Below, in pieces: positions 1 through 11,175 of a stretch of 64,000 bases of DNA. The notes beneath the pieces are model-generated. The model was given only the letters and a program-made list of their open reading frames with translations, searched no databases and had not been told where the DNA came from. Source of the stretch: Azolla caroliniana (lineage: Eukaryota > Plantae > Polypodiophyta); the NCBI GenBank assembly GCA_043228905.1, contig JBHGNT010000015.1:9238001-9302000 (forward strand), written 5' to 3'. Position 1 is the first letter of the stretch; each line of letters begins with the position of its first letter. The translations under genes were made by a program, and so were the position numbers.

Positions 1-530
1 TCATAGAGATTGTTGCGCCTTACCCCTATTCCTACAACCTTGCCAGCAAAATCTGTTATTTCTACACCCGACTTCTTGAATCGAACATCAAGACCCTTGT
101 CGGTCAGCGCAGAAATGGACAATAGATTCTTCTTGAGATCTGGCACGTACAACACTTGAGAGAGATGCTTTGTCCCGCCGGTCGTTGCTTTGAGGGAGAC
201 AATTCTGGTTCCTTTGGCTGGACATCGAGCATTGTTCCCGACCACAACATTGATGGGCTCTTGTAGAGGTGTCCAAGAGTTGTACTAGTCACGATTAGAG
301 GTCATATGTCAGGATGCTCCACTATTGAGAATCCAAGAGTCATCGACAACTTCTTCAGTTGCAACCCATAACTCAAGCTCATCTGCGACATTGTTGGCGG
401 ACTCGGGCTCTCTCCAAGAAGTCTTACTAGAACCATTCTTCTCATCCGCCATCTTCTTCCGACAATCCTTGATTGTGTGACCCTTCTTGTCATAGTAGAA
501 AGAAGATCCATTGAACTTCTTCTTCTTTGG
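1..530 (-). pseudogene. Copia gag zinc knuckle / protease fragment
   Basis: ORF 309-650 translates to PKKKKFNGSSFYYDKKGHTIKDCRKK...DDSWILNSGAS, a degenerate CCHC plus D-S-G protease motif. Confidence 0.8.
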
Positions 531-938
531 TGTAATAGTGAAACTGATGGAGAGTATAATGGTGAGAGAGATCATGAAGATGTTGACAAGCGATTGAGAA
601 GCATTACAGGGTGGGGGGTGGTGCCTAGAATGGCCCCATCCCCCTCCCAAGGGGGTTCAACGTTAAGGGGGGGGAGAGAGAGAGAGAGAGAGAAATGGTC
701 CTTCTTTCATTCATTCCCCATAAGGGGTTAAATAGGCACAAAGGGGTAGATACACAAGGGTGCAAGCCCCTTTGGCATTCACACCTAATCACTCACTCAC
801 ACCTCTTTGTATCAACCACACTCACACTTACATTCACACTTATCAATCACATAACATTACACATACATATCAACACATTACATCTTTCACCCTCACTTAT
901 CACAGTTATCAATCACCCGTACATCTCGTACGGCAACA
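531..938 (-). repeat. Element A 3' LTR (left end truncated)
   Basis: Similar to 4929-5329; ends ...CGTACGGCAACA. Confidence 0.9.
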
Positions 939-943
939 CAATA

Positions 944-984
944 TGGCACGCCCGTGGGAGAGTGCCTTGCACGTCGATCCCACA
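944..984 (+). promoter_or_regulatory. Antisense bipartite tRNA-Arg binding site at the PPT position (element A)
   Basis: TGGCACGCCCGTGGGAG-agtgccttgcacg-TCGATCCCACA, 5 nt inside the 3' LTR. Confidence 0.75.
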
Positions 985-3028
985 TGCCTTGATCATAATC
1001 TTTCTTCGACCAGAACTTCCATCGGTCGTCTCAACGATCGACTTCCTTGATCAGAGCGCTTGACTCGAACATCTCCTTCAGTCAACGACTTCATCGACAC
1101 GAACATTCTCGTTCTGTTGGCACACAAACTTTGGTAACATCATTCGGGTCGTCAAAAAGACGTTGTGTGTATGTGTGTTCCTCCTTGAGTTGTTGTAAGT
1201 TGTGAGTTGTGAGTTGTGAGTATATCTCGTCCATTTCTTTTAGGTTGATCAGTTTTAAAAAAAATTCACTACCCTTGAGTTTTTAAAATTCCTTAGATGC
1301 TCCTTATCGTATTCCTTTTCCCTCTCTTTTTCCTGTTTTATTATTTATTTATTAAATTTGCATTAGGTCTTTTTCTTTTCCTTCTTTCTGTCTGTATCTT
1401 CTTTCTCTCCTTCTTCATTTCTTCTCTTCTTCCTGCCTGTCGGTCCGTCTGTGTCTCCTTCTGCTTCTTCTCTCCCTCTAATTCTCCCGCTTGATTTTCT
1501 GTTTGTCCATGCCTCTATCTCTAGTGCCTGAATCTTGCTTTGCTCCTCCTCTCTATTTCCTTCTTTCGTGTTGCTTTGGTCTACCGTTTTTTCTTCTTTC
1601 TTGGTTATTCTGTTGCCTTTGATACTTCTTCTTTTCCTTCCCTTCATATTCCTTATTCTCTTCTTCTCTTTCATCATTGTCGATTGTATGTTCGTTTTTG
1701 GCCACCACTGTTCGGCCGCTATCGGGACACTGCTCCAACTGCCGTTGTTCGGCCGCTTCATCCATGTCTCCATCACTATCCATCATTGTCGTGGTTTCCG
1801 TCTCTGTTTGGCCGTGTGTCCGTTTGGCATGTTCGCTCGTCCCTTCGTCTTTCCGGCCGTTTTTGGTCGTTTATCCGGTTGTCAGGCCGCTCTAACCACT
1901 GTCTGGCTATTCCCGCCATTCCTTCGTTGGCTATCTGATCGCCGCTACTCTGGTCACTCTAGCCACTTCGGCCACTTCGGCCACTATCCAACCACTTCAG
2001 TTGTTCTTCGTTGTCTGATCTGGCTATGTTCGTCCGATCTGGCCCGTCCACTGTTCCGCCGCATGTTCGACCATCTCCGTCGTTGTCGTTGTCTCTATCG
2101 ACCCGTCCAGCCGTCCAGCCGTCGCCATCGTTGTTTGTTGCCTAGGTCGACCATCATCCGGTTGTCAGTGTCCTGTGTCGCCGCCATCTGGATGTCGTCG
2201 TTGTCGTCCTGTCCCCGTCTGCATCTCTATCTCTGTCTTCGGCTCCGTCTTCGGCCATTGTTGTTCGGCCGCCTATCCAGCCGCTGCACCAGTTACGCTT
2301 CTGCCGTTGTCTGTCCCTTGTCTAGGCCCGTCTGGTCTGGCTGTCATTCGATGTTTGTCTCCGGTTCCGCCGTTTTGCATTGCCCATGGTCTTTGTGTGG
2401 CATCTCTATCGTAGTTGTCATCCATGTCTCTGTTTGTCCAGTGGTCTTCTTCTCTGTTCGTTTCTGTCTCCTCCCGTTGCTATTATCCGTACATCACTTC
2501 GGTTGTTTTTCCGACCCGACCGTCACGTCTTTCCGGCCTTCTTACCGTCGTTGCTTGTCTAATCCGGCATTCATTGTCCCTTTCTTTATTCGGCCCGTTC
2601 CATCTTTGTTCGACCACTTTGGTCGTTCTCCGGCCAGTGCTTTTCCGGCCTCTCGTCCTTCACTCGAATTGTCTGGTCTTGTTCGGCGCCTTTCCATCCA
2701 GCCCTGTTTCCGTTTGTGTTTTCATCTCTGTCGGTTCATTGTAGTCCAACCTCGTCCGTCGCTTGGCCGCTCTGCACACTCTTTGGCCGCTACTCTTCGG
2801 CCATTCTTTGCCTGTTGTGTAGGGTTTCAAGTTGCCATCCGTCGCCACTGTCTGGACTCCGTTGTATAGCGTCGTCGTCGTCCAGCCATTTGTCTCGCAT
2901 TTTGCCGCTCTCCAGCCGCTATTTGGCCACCATACCGGTCGCTCTTCGGCCAGTACTTCATCCACCGAGCTTTAGCCACTTCTCCGTACAATGGCCATCC
3001 GTTGTGTCTTTCCGGCGTTGTTGGTTTC

Positions 3029-4329
3029 TGACGGGAACTCAACGCTCCTTATGTCCAACGCTCGGCCACAACCGAGCTTCTTTTCATACGCAGAAAACGG
3101 GAAACAAGTGCACGACACAAAGGAGAGAAAATACACAGGAGGTTTACGTGGAAAAACCCCAAACTAGGGGAAAACAAACCACGGCAGCCCACAGGCTGCA
3201 AACTGTCACTATGTAAGAATGTACAAACAGTGAGTTCACGGAGGCAACGACCTCGTGCTCACGATCTTCGCCACAGGCGGCAGTTACAACAGAGGCAACG
3301 ACCTCGTTCTCTCTCTCTCTCTTTGTACAGTTACGCGCTCTCTCTTCTTCTTGCACCAACAAGAAAATGACAACTACGACAACAGTAACTAAAAGGTTGC
3401 CCTAAGTCATATTTATACTAATATGACTTTTCGGCTATTTACAAATATAGCCTCGATGGCCTCTCAGAAACATATTTACGAATATGTCTCTTCATCCGGT
3501 TCATATCGGGTCTGCACCATCCGGCTCTCCGTAGCCGGGTACTCCTCATCCGGTCTTCGCCGGGTCTGTATCATCCGGCTCTCCGTAGCCGGGTACGCCT
3601 CATCCGGTTTATACTGGGTTTGCACCATCCGGCTCTCCGTAGCCGAGTACGCCTCATCCGGTTCATACTGGGTCTGCACCATCCGGCTCTCCGTAGCCGG
3701 GTACTCCTCATCCGGTCTTCACCGGGTCTGTATCATCCGGCTCTCCGTAGCCGGGTACTCCTCATCCGGTCTTCACCGGGTCTGTATCATCCGGCTCTCC
3801 GTAGCCGGGTATGCCTCATCCGGTTCATACCGGGTCTGCACCATCCGGCTCTCCGTAGCCGAATACGCCTCATCCGGTTCATACCGGGTCTGCACCATCC
3901 GGCTCTCCGTAGCCGGGTACTCCTCATCTGGTCTTCACCGGGTCTGTATCATCCGGCTCTCAGTAGCCGGGTATGCCTCATCCGGTTCATACCGGGTCTG
4001 CACCATCCGGCTCTCCGTAGCCAAGTACGCCTCATCCGGTTCATACCGGGTCTGCACCATCCGGCTCTCCGTAGCCGGGTACTCCTCATCCGGTCTTCAC
4101 CGGGTCTGTATCATCCGGCTCTCCGTAGCCAGGTATGCCTCATCCAGTTCATACCGGGTCTGCACCATCCGGCTCTCTGTAGCCGAGTACGCCTCATCCG
4201 GTTCATACCGGGTCTGCACCATCCGGCTCTCCGTAGCCGGGTACTCCTCATCCGGTTTCGGCCTCGGCCGAGTTTGTTCATCGGCACTGTTCTTCTCCCT
4301 TCCCATCCGGAGGGACCTGTCTCCCAACA
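3029..4329 (-). mobile_element. Solo LTR of a Tork/Tnt1-like Copia family
   Basis: TG...CA termini, TSD GTTTC (3024-3028 / 4330-4334); similar to the LTR at 55887-56503 and the solo LTR at 62997-63833. Confidence 0.9.
3490..4257. repeat. 54-bp tandem array, 14 copies, inside the solo LTR
   Basis: Unit CCTCATCCGGTTCATACCGGGTCTGCACCATCCGGCTCTCCGTAGCCGAGTACG; appears as an 18-aa repeat x14 in ORF 3423-4724. Confidence 0.95.
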
Positions 4330-4864
4330 GTTTCTTTGGTCGTCAATGTCTGGTCTGCATCTATATCTCCTCCGTCTTCTTCGGCCCTTTGGTGTTAACC
4401 GACTCTAGTTCTGGTTCCAATTCCTATTCCGACTCTCTCTGTGTTTCATTCTTCTGGAACCATATCTTGTGCATTCTCAACACATCCTGCAGACATTCAC
4501 TCCACACACTACTTCTTCCTCTCCAATCTCTTGGTGGGCTTCTCTTTCTGGTCGTGCTGGCACCGGTTCCCTCTGCGTCGTTGTTTGTCCAGCGGTGCAT
4601 CTTGCACCACGCTTTTGAAAACACACACATTGTCGCTAACCGCATGCTTGCACATACGTCTGTTGCGTATCCTTTTGTGACGTCCTCTTGCACAACATCA
4701 CCGTGTTGCATTCCTCGACCTTGATGGCTTCCAATCACCATCACCATTTCCTGCACATCGTCCATTTGATTTCTCGCACATCATCGCCACCATTCTCGCA
4801 CAATTTGTATTAGTCTTTGCCGCGTGTTAGTCTTCGACTTCGTCTCCAAAGGGGGGTCACCTTA

Positions 4865-4874
4865 GTGGTCGCCA
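4865..4874 (-). promoter_or_regulatory. Primer binding site of element A (tRNA-Arg UCG type)
   Basis: TGGCGACCAC on minus strand, 5 nt inside the LTR end at 4880. Confidence 0.75.
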
Positions 4875-4879
4875 AAAAT

Positions 4880-5329
4880 TGTTAGGTTTTTTAGGGTTAG
4901 GGTAAAGGATGAGGATGAATGGTAATGGTGTAATAGGGAAAATGATGGAGAGTATAATGGTGAGAGAGATCATGAAGATGTTGACAAGCGATTGAGAAGC
5001 ATTACAAGGTGGGGGGTGGTGCCTAGAATGGCTCCACCCCCCTCCCAAGGGGGTTCAACGTTAAGGGGGAGAGAGAGAGAGAGAAATGATCCTTCTTTCA
5101 TTCATTTGCCATAAGGGGTTAAATAGGTACACAGGGGTAGATATACAAGGGTGCAAGCCCCTTTGGCATTCACACCTAGTCACTCACTCACATCTCTTTG
5201 TATCAACCACACTCACACTTACATTCACACTTATCAATCACATAACATTACACATACATATCATCACACTACATCTTTCACACTCACTTATCACAATTAT
5301 CAATCACCCGTACATCTCGTACGGTAACA
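4880..5329 (-). repeat. Element A 5' LTR
   Basis: TGTTAGG...GGTAACA; Copia gag resumes at 5330. Confidence 0.9.
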
Positions 5330-5960
5330 AAATCTTCCCTTCCTTCTCTTGTCTTTAGCCGAAGCTCTTCTTCAAGTAGCATTGCACTTAGTTCATCAAA
5401 TTTTAAAGGAGTAGGTCAAACCTGAGTGTTCAATGTTGTCACATTGCCATCATACTTGGAAGGAAGTACTCGAATGCACCGACGAGCCACATCCTCTAGA
5501 GAGACAACTACTCCAACAGTTGCCAGCTGATCTTGAAGATCCTTAATCCTTTTTACAAAGGATTCTACTTTCTCTCCATCAGCAAGCTGATTTTCAAGGT
5601 TTCGTATCCTTTTATAGTTTCTGGTTTCATACTGGCTAGCCAATATGCTCCAAACTTCATGTGCCCTGGTTGTATGTTGCACTAATGTTAGTACAAAGTT
5701 ACATACACCAGTGACTATGGTACACAACGCATCAACATTCCTCCTCTTCTAGGCTCGAAGTAGATCAACATTTGGAGGGATTTATGTGGTAGGGTGTGTC
5801 GGGTCAAAGGTCACCATGGGCTCAGGGTCTCCTCCTGTGGGTCCCATGATTGTCTCCAACAACTCATAGGAGTCCAAAATGGCAGACATTTTGAACATCC
5901 ATAGAGTGTAGTTGGTTCCATCTAGCATCTAGCTTTCTATCAAACAATGGAGGTGGGCGA
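5330..5960 (-). pseudogene. Copia gag remnant
   Basis: LDGTNYTLWMFKM..., AHEVWSILASQYE...LPSKYD..., LLEEELRLK; contains stops. Confidence 0.8.
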
Positions 5961-6006
5961 ATGCGCAGAGGAGTAGTTGCAACAATCGTGGATAAGGCCA
6001 TTGATG

Positions 6007-6013
6007 CTCTGTC

Positions 6014-6072
<59 letters not shown>
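6007..6072. repeat. (TC)n microsatellite
   Basis: Direct reading. Confidence 0.95.
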
Positions 6073-6074
<2 letters not shown>

Positions 6075-6136
6075 TTCTTTGTGTTGCTAGACATCAACTA
6101 CCCGCATATACCTAATCTAGATCAACCTCTCTAATA

Positions 6137-6144
6137 TGATACCA
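6137..6144 (-). promoter_or_regulatory. Copia PBS (tRNA-iMet type)
   Basis: TGGTATCA directly after LTR end CTAACA on minus strand. Confidence 0.8.
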
Positions 6145-6357
6145 TGTTAGAAATATTGAGAATCGATTAGATAGGTATATAGTGGACCAGCTCACTACAA
6201 AATGAGTGGGGACCGATGATCCCATCTAAGCTCTAAGGTGTGAGCACATGGTGAACTACCATTGTGAGCTACTCTCATATGTAATAGAAGTTTTGTTTTC
6301 ATATACCATCTCTGTGGTTGTAACTCTATATACCTATCTATATACCATCTCCATTCA
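6145..6357 (-). repeat. Short Copia 5' LTR (right boundary approximate)
   Basis: Starts TGTTAG next to the PBS; LINE coding sequence resumes near 6358. Confidence 0.6.
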
Positions 6358-8470
6358 AAGTGATGAGGAAATTTTAAAGTACTTGTTCGCCCTACTAGTT
6401 ATGAAACTCGAGATCCATTCCATGTTATTGGCTGAAATCTCTAGGTTTGTCAGGTCAAAAGATAAACAAGCATTTGGCAACTTGTTGCGTTCATTGACAA
6501 CCACATAAACCCTCAGCCCCGAGCCTTCCTCTTGACACAAGTCAATTAATCTCTTGAGAGTCTGTTGGCTAAACCTACACCCCTTGTCGAACCTATCCCT
6601 TACTAATCTTTTGGACTGAACAAATTTGACCGAAACTCGAGCATCTACACCTAAAGTTACTTGTCTTGTCTCATGCAACTTCTGAGTTTCGGAACTGATT
6701 GGTGAGCTTTCTTGACCCCTCCCAGTGCGTAACCACTCTTTCACCACTCTTAGTCTGATACTTCCACTCTTACCAAGCAAGCCATCAGGTCTGCACACTA
6801 CCACCTGTTCAATATTATTTGAACTTTGATCCTGTAATAGATCCTCCTCTTCCAACAATGCCTCAAAGCTATTCCTCAACCTTACACGAGGCATAGTTGT
6901 GTTTCCTTCTTGCTACAAGCGATTTTTTCGTCCCAAAACCAGAGTCCAAGAGTCTGTATTAGCCTTCTCCTTCACTACCCCATTGAGGGTGTTTTGATAT
7001 TTCACCCCTACATTCTCTTGCATAGGAACCTGCCCTTTGTCCTTTTCCACCCTCCCATTATCGTTGATATTCCGAGGGCATTCCTTAGCAATGTGGCCCT
7101 TCTTTTTACAATAAAAACATTGGCCAGGTAAGCGATCGTATTCCACCGCCACATCTATCAGTCCTGCTTCTACATCATGAACCCTGATTATAGGGGGGAG
7201 TTTGGACGAACTTTGCACAAGCAATCTAATCTTAGGGTAGTCCCAGATTCTATCTACCATCGTTGCCTTTGAGGGACAGACTATGCCAATCTTATCCCCA
7301 ATCTTTGGGATCAAGGGGTATAACTGTCGAGGCAAATTTAGGAATATCATAGAAATCACCCGAGGGTTACCAATTTTCTTGTCTTCCTCCATAGCATTGA
7401 AGTTAGCATGCCACTCCAACAAAAGAGATCTTCCATATTTGAGCTCTACAAATTTCATATCCACAATCCGCGATACATCACCCCCCTCGACCACTTCAAC
7501 ATGGAAGAAATTTTGACCCATATTGTGCACATTTAGTATTTGCGGAACCCAATCCATAAGAGCTACTTGTAGCATGTCATGAACCATACCTCTATTAGAT
7601 CTACCACCAAGTAGCTTATAAATGAATGAGCATTTCCTTAATCTTTCAATCTCCGCATTCAAAATTTTACTTTCATCCTCGAACAAAAAAACCTCTAGTA
7701 ACTTAGAGCTCTCCTTTCTGTCCATATCCTTATCATGACCCCCTCTCGGGCATGCATTATGCGCATGACCACATTCCTGCAGAAGATTTTCTACTTGCAA
7801 CATGTCCTCTGTGGCATCCAACTCCACAACACCATCCAACCCCTGTGACGATCCGCCTACCTGCCCCTGCGGCCTCCCCTCACTCATCATTTGCCATAAT
7901 GAATGGCTGGAATTATCCCCCCCAATTGCTTGCTTCCCAACCTCTTTATTCCAAACCTCCGACACTCCCCACACAAATCCTCTGAGCATTCAACGGTGAA
8001 GACCGTTGCCGCCTTGTTGCTGAGAGGAGCCCTATCATCCTCTTCCATCCGGCCCACCTTGTCTGATAGATAGAGTGATTCCTTACATATCCCCCTATCT
8101 TCGCCAATAATGTGTTGCCCTGTTTCTTTTAACATCTCATCTACTTTCCTACGTCCCCCATTTTCCACCTGATGCTTCTCCCTATCCTTGTTCCCACCTT
8201 GCAATGTGTACCTCGATTCCATCGACCTCACAAGGGGCACCCTTGCCGCTATTACCTTAATTGCAGCCGCCAATGCATTAACTCCCACAGTTGGATCCTT
8301 TGCGCACATTTTGCCCACATGTTTCTGCCTTCTTGTGTAGCCTACTCCTACCCTACACCTTAATGGACGAGACATACATGGCGCTTAAGGAGGAGAGGAG
8401 CTTTGTCTCGATCGTCTGCGTTCGGATCAGTCTTTGCAACCCTAAACCACGTCCTACCATCTCTGATATC
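6358..8470 (-). mobile_element. L1-type LINE, 5' part (frameshifted ORF1), interrupted by the Copia
   Basis: ORFs 7887-8375, 6913-7989 (DUF4283-like region, LPGQCFYCKKKGHIAKECP) and 6355-6894; similar to ORF1 of the LINE at 21.7-28.2 kb. Confidence 0.85.
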
Positions 8471-8508
8471 TTTTGACATCTCCCACCTCTTAATTGACCC
8501 CTCAAAAA

Positions 8509-8655
8509 TGTCCTTTTAGATGCATTACATACATTTCATGAACGTAAGTATTGGGGCAAAACATTAATTCTTAAAGCACAATTGTCCTTTTAGATGCATT
8601 ACATACATTTCATGAACGTGAGTATTGGAGCAAAACATTAATTCTTAAAGCACAA
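8509..8655. repeat. 74-bp tandem duplication
   Basis: TGTCCTTTTAGATGCATTAC...AAAGCACAA at 8509 and 8583. Confidence 0.9.
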
Positions 8656-11175
8656 GGTGAGGGCATTGCGTCGACACATCACATAACAAAATTCTAGTAC
8701 GAAGTTATCTTGATATAATCAGTGACCTTAAGCCATTTAGGTATTGTACATCTAAACATACAAACTTCATGGTTTATTTACACTTGTAATGGTAATGTTT
8801 GAGCCTTTCAAGGTTAGGGTTGTCTGATTAAGTCTCAAGCATTGGGTCTCATATATTTTACATTCATGATAACAAATGTGTTCATGTTTCCGTTTACGTT
8901 GACTTAGTGGTAAAACAAGATTTCAAATTTTTAGCACATTATGTGTTATATGGGAAAACAATTTCCTTGCCTTACAAACGGTATTACTAAAAACAAAAAT
9001 TGTCTAAAGAATTTTATTTCTATAGTCCAAAGACAAGGTAAGCCTTGAAAAGAATATTTGTTCCCTAGAAGCTTGATTTACAATTTCAGTCAAAAGGATA
9101 ACATTTCCTTAGAAAAGGCAACATTGAAAACATCGAGTCGTGGGCGATGGCATTTATGGGCATTTAAAGTTTGCACAAGGTCAACTATTCACAACTAAAA
9201 TGTTAAACATGTTATTGTCCAGAGAATAATAGTTAATTAAAACAGGTAATCCCAAAGTCATCTTTCAGAGGACCCAAAAGCTCTACATCACCATTTAACT
9301 CTGCAAATTCTTCAAATTTTCGAGGTTGAAAAACAAAGTTTTGCAATATTAAAACTTCACCTCAATGATGTGGCTTCACTTAAAATATAATGTGCCACAC
9401 TGCCAAGAGTTTATTTTTGTTATGTTGTGTTTCCATGTACTCTTAGTATCACATAGGTAGACTTCTTGTTTGAAAAATGTACTATCTAGTGGTTGAAATA
9501 TAATTAAACCGTATACACTTAAACTTGACATAATAATATGAGGTTTAACCCACAAAACATGGATTCAACAGCTTGGTGGGTGGCAAAAATGTGTTTACGT
9601 TCAATGGAATGTGAATGACAAATCTCAAATTAAAATAGTAAACATCATCTAAAACTTGAAACTTTGGTATTCCATAACTCGACATGATGTAGTACAACAA
9701 CATGTCAAGTATCGATTCTTGTCACTTCGTGTACATACCTCGTTGAAAATGTGATATGATTAGACTCTCCACTTGGAAAATGTGAAAAGATTTTGATTTT
9801 TCGATTACACGAAGGGGATTTGAATCACGACACTAAAAATGCATATGTAAAATCAAGCTCACCTACACTTAAAACTCAAGGCATATCAATGTCAAATGTG
9901 AACTAATCTCAAGCCTTGTTGTAGAAATCATGTGTCCTCATGACATGTGTCAAGGGGGAGGGCGTGGTGTGCCATTCCCTTGGAAAGGAAGTGGAAAGAA
10001 TGTTTGTCGACCATTGTTGGGCGTGCGTGTGAACCCAACCTGATAGACATAGAAGAAGTGCATTTGATGCACGCATGCATGACATGGTATGGCATGACAC
10101 TCTCACATTTCACTCCTTTCTTTCTAAACCCCCCACATTTTGCTTGCTACCTACGGTTACTGTCTTTTACCTCATTGACCGCGGACATCTTCCATCATCT
10201 CTATCTGTCTCTCTCTATCTAATGCCCGGGCTCCTCCACTTCTCTCTCTCATACAAAGAAAGAAAGACTGGGCTGGTATTATACATACATACATATCTAT
10301 CTCTATCATTCATTCATTAGTGGGTTTTGCACTACTTACATACATACATAATTGGACGGCACGCTACCCGACTCTCTCTCTCTCTCTCTCTCTCTGTGTC
10401 TGTGCTCGCCTGGATACACACACACACACACTCAAAAGAGACAAGAGACAGAGGAGGGTCTCTCTCCCACTAACACACTGAACAAAACCAAACCACTTAA
10501 TACCTACTCCCACCCTTTCAATTCTAATAATATAAATACATATCTTCCTCGCCCCTTCACTCGCATACATATGTACATATATATGTACACACACGCACAC
10601 ACACACTTTAATTGTTTTCTTTCATATAAGCAAAAGGCTCAAAGAGCGTGCCCCATTTGCAGTAGTACATTACACCTTTTGGTACTAACTACATACATAC
10701 TTCCATACTATTACTACTCATTTCTCATCGGCACCGATTCTAGAAGAAGAAGAAGAAGAAGAAGTGGTGATGAAAGAGGGCATTAATGGGACAGGCGGGA
10801 GGGAGTATGTAATATTAATTTCTGATCATTCTTGCAAGGGGCGGGTCAGTTCCCAAATACTGCGTGCGTTATGATGATGTTCTGGGAGCTCATGAATGCA
10901 TCATGAGGAGAGTAGCAGTAATGTACTCATACAGAAAGGAAAATTTATTATGGATTTGATAGCTGAGAACAGCGCAAACACAGTGAAGGAGTAAGTAGGA
11001 GGGGAAAGGGGGGGGGGGGGTTTGCTGGAGGCTATCTAATCTATCTATCTACATACATACATGTTTGTCTGTGTATGGGTGGGGTGGTTAGGGTAGACAA
11101 GAAGTGATGATGATCTGATCGGATCAGATCGGGGGAGGCATCTGATGTGTATAATAATTATAGAGAGGTGATGAA

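Larger units (their letters stand above)
531..5329 (-). mobile_element. Element A: non-autonomous LTR retrotransposon (no pol detected), orientation minus
   Basis: Direct repeats 531-938 and 4880-5329; TATA-like CCTATTTAA on minus strand; PBS TGGCGACCAC inside right LTR; left LTR lacks ~50 bp and no TSD is visible, consistent with a flanking deletion. Confidence 0.85.
1..6357 (-). mobile_element. Degenerate Ty1/Copia LTR retrotransposon, 5' part (continues left of window), interrupted by element A
   Basis: LTR-like block 6145-~6357, Met-type PBS, gag remnants 5330-5960, and zinc knuckle/protease remnants 1-530 (FYYDKKGHTIKDC, WILNSGAS). Confidence 0.85.

Noticed and set aside
1535-2869. 444-aa plus-strand ORF
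   Set aside because: Lies in the C/T-rich interior of element A, where stop codons are rare by composition; no recognisable domain
3423-4724. 433-aa and 262-aa repeat-protein ORFs; CRISPR-like appearance
   Set aside because: Produced by a 54-bp tandem array inside a solo LTR; no unique spacers and no cas genes
8660-11100. Short ORFs and candidate promoter motifs upstream of OFP
   Set aside because: ORFs are microsatellite-derived; short motifs are expected by chance and cannot be supported without expression data
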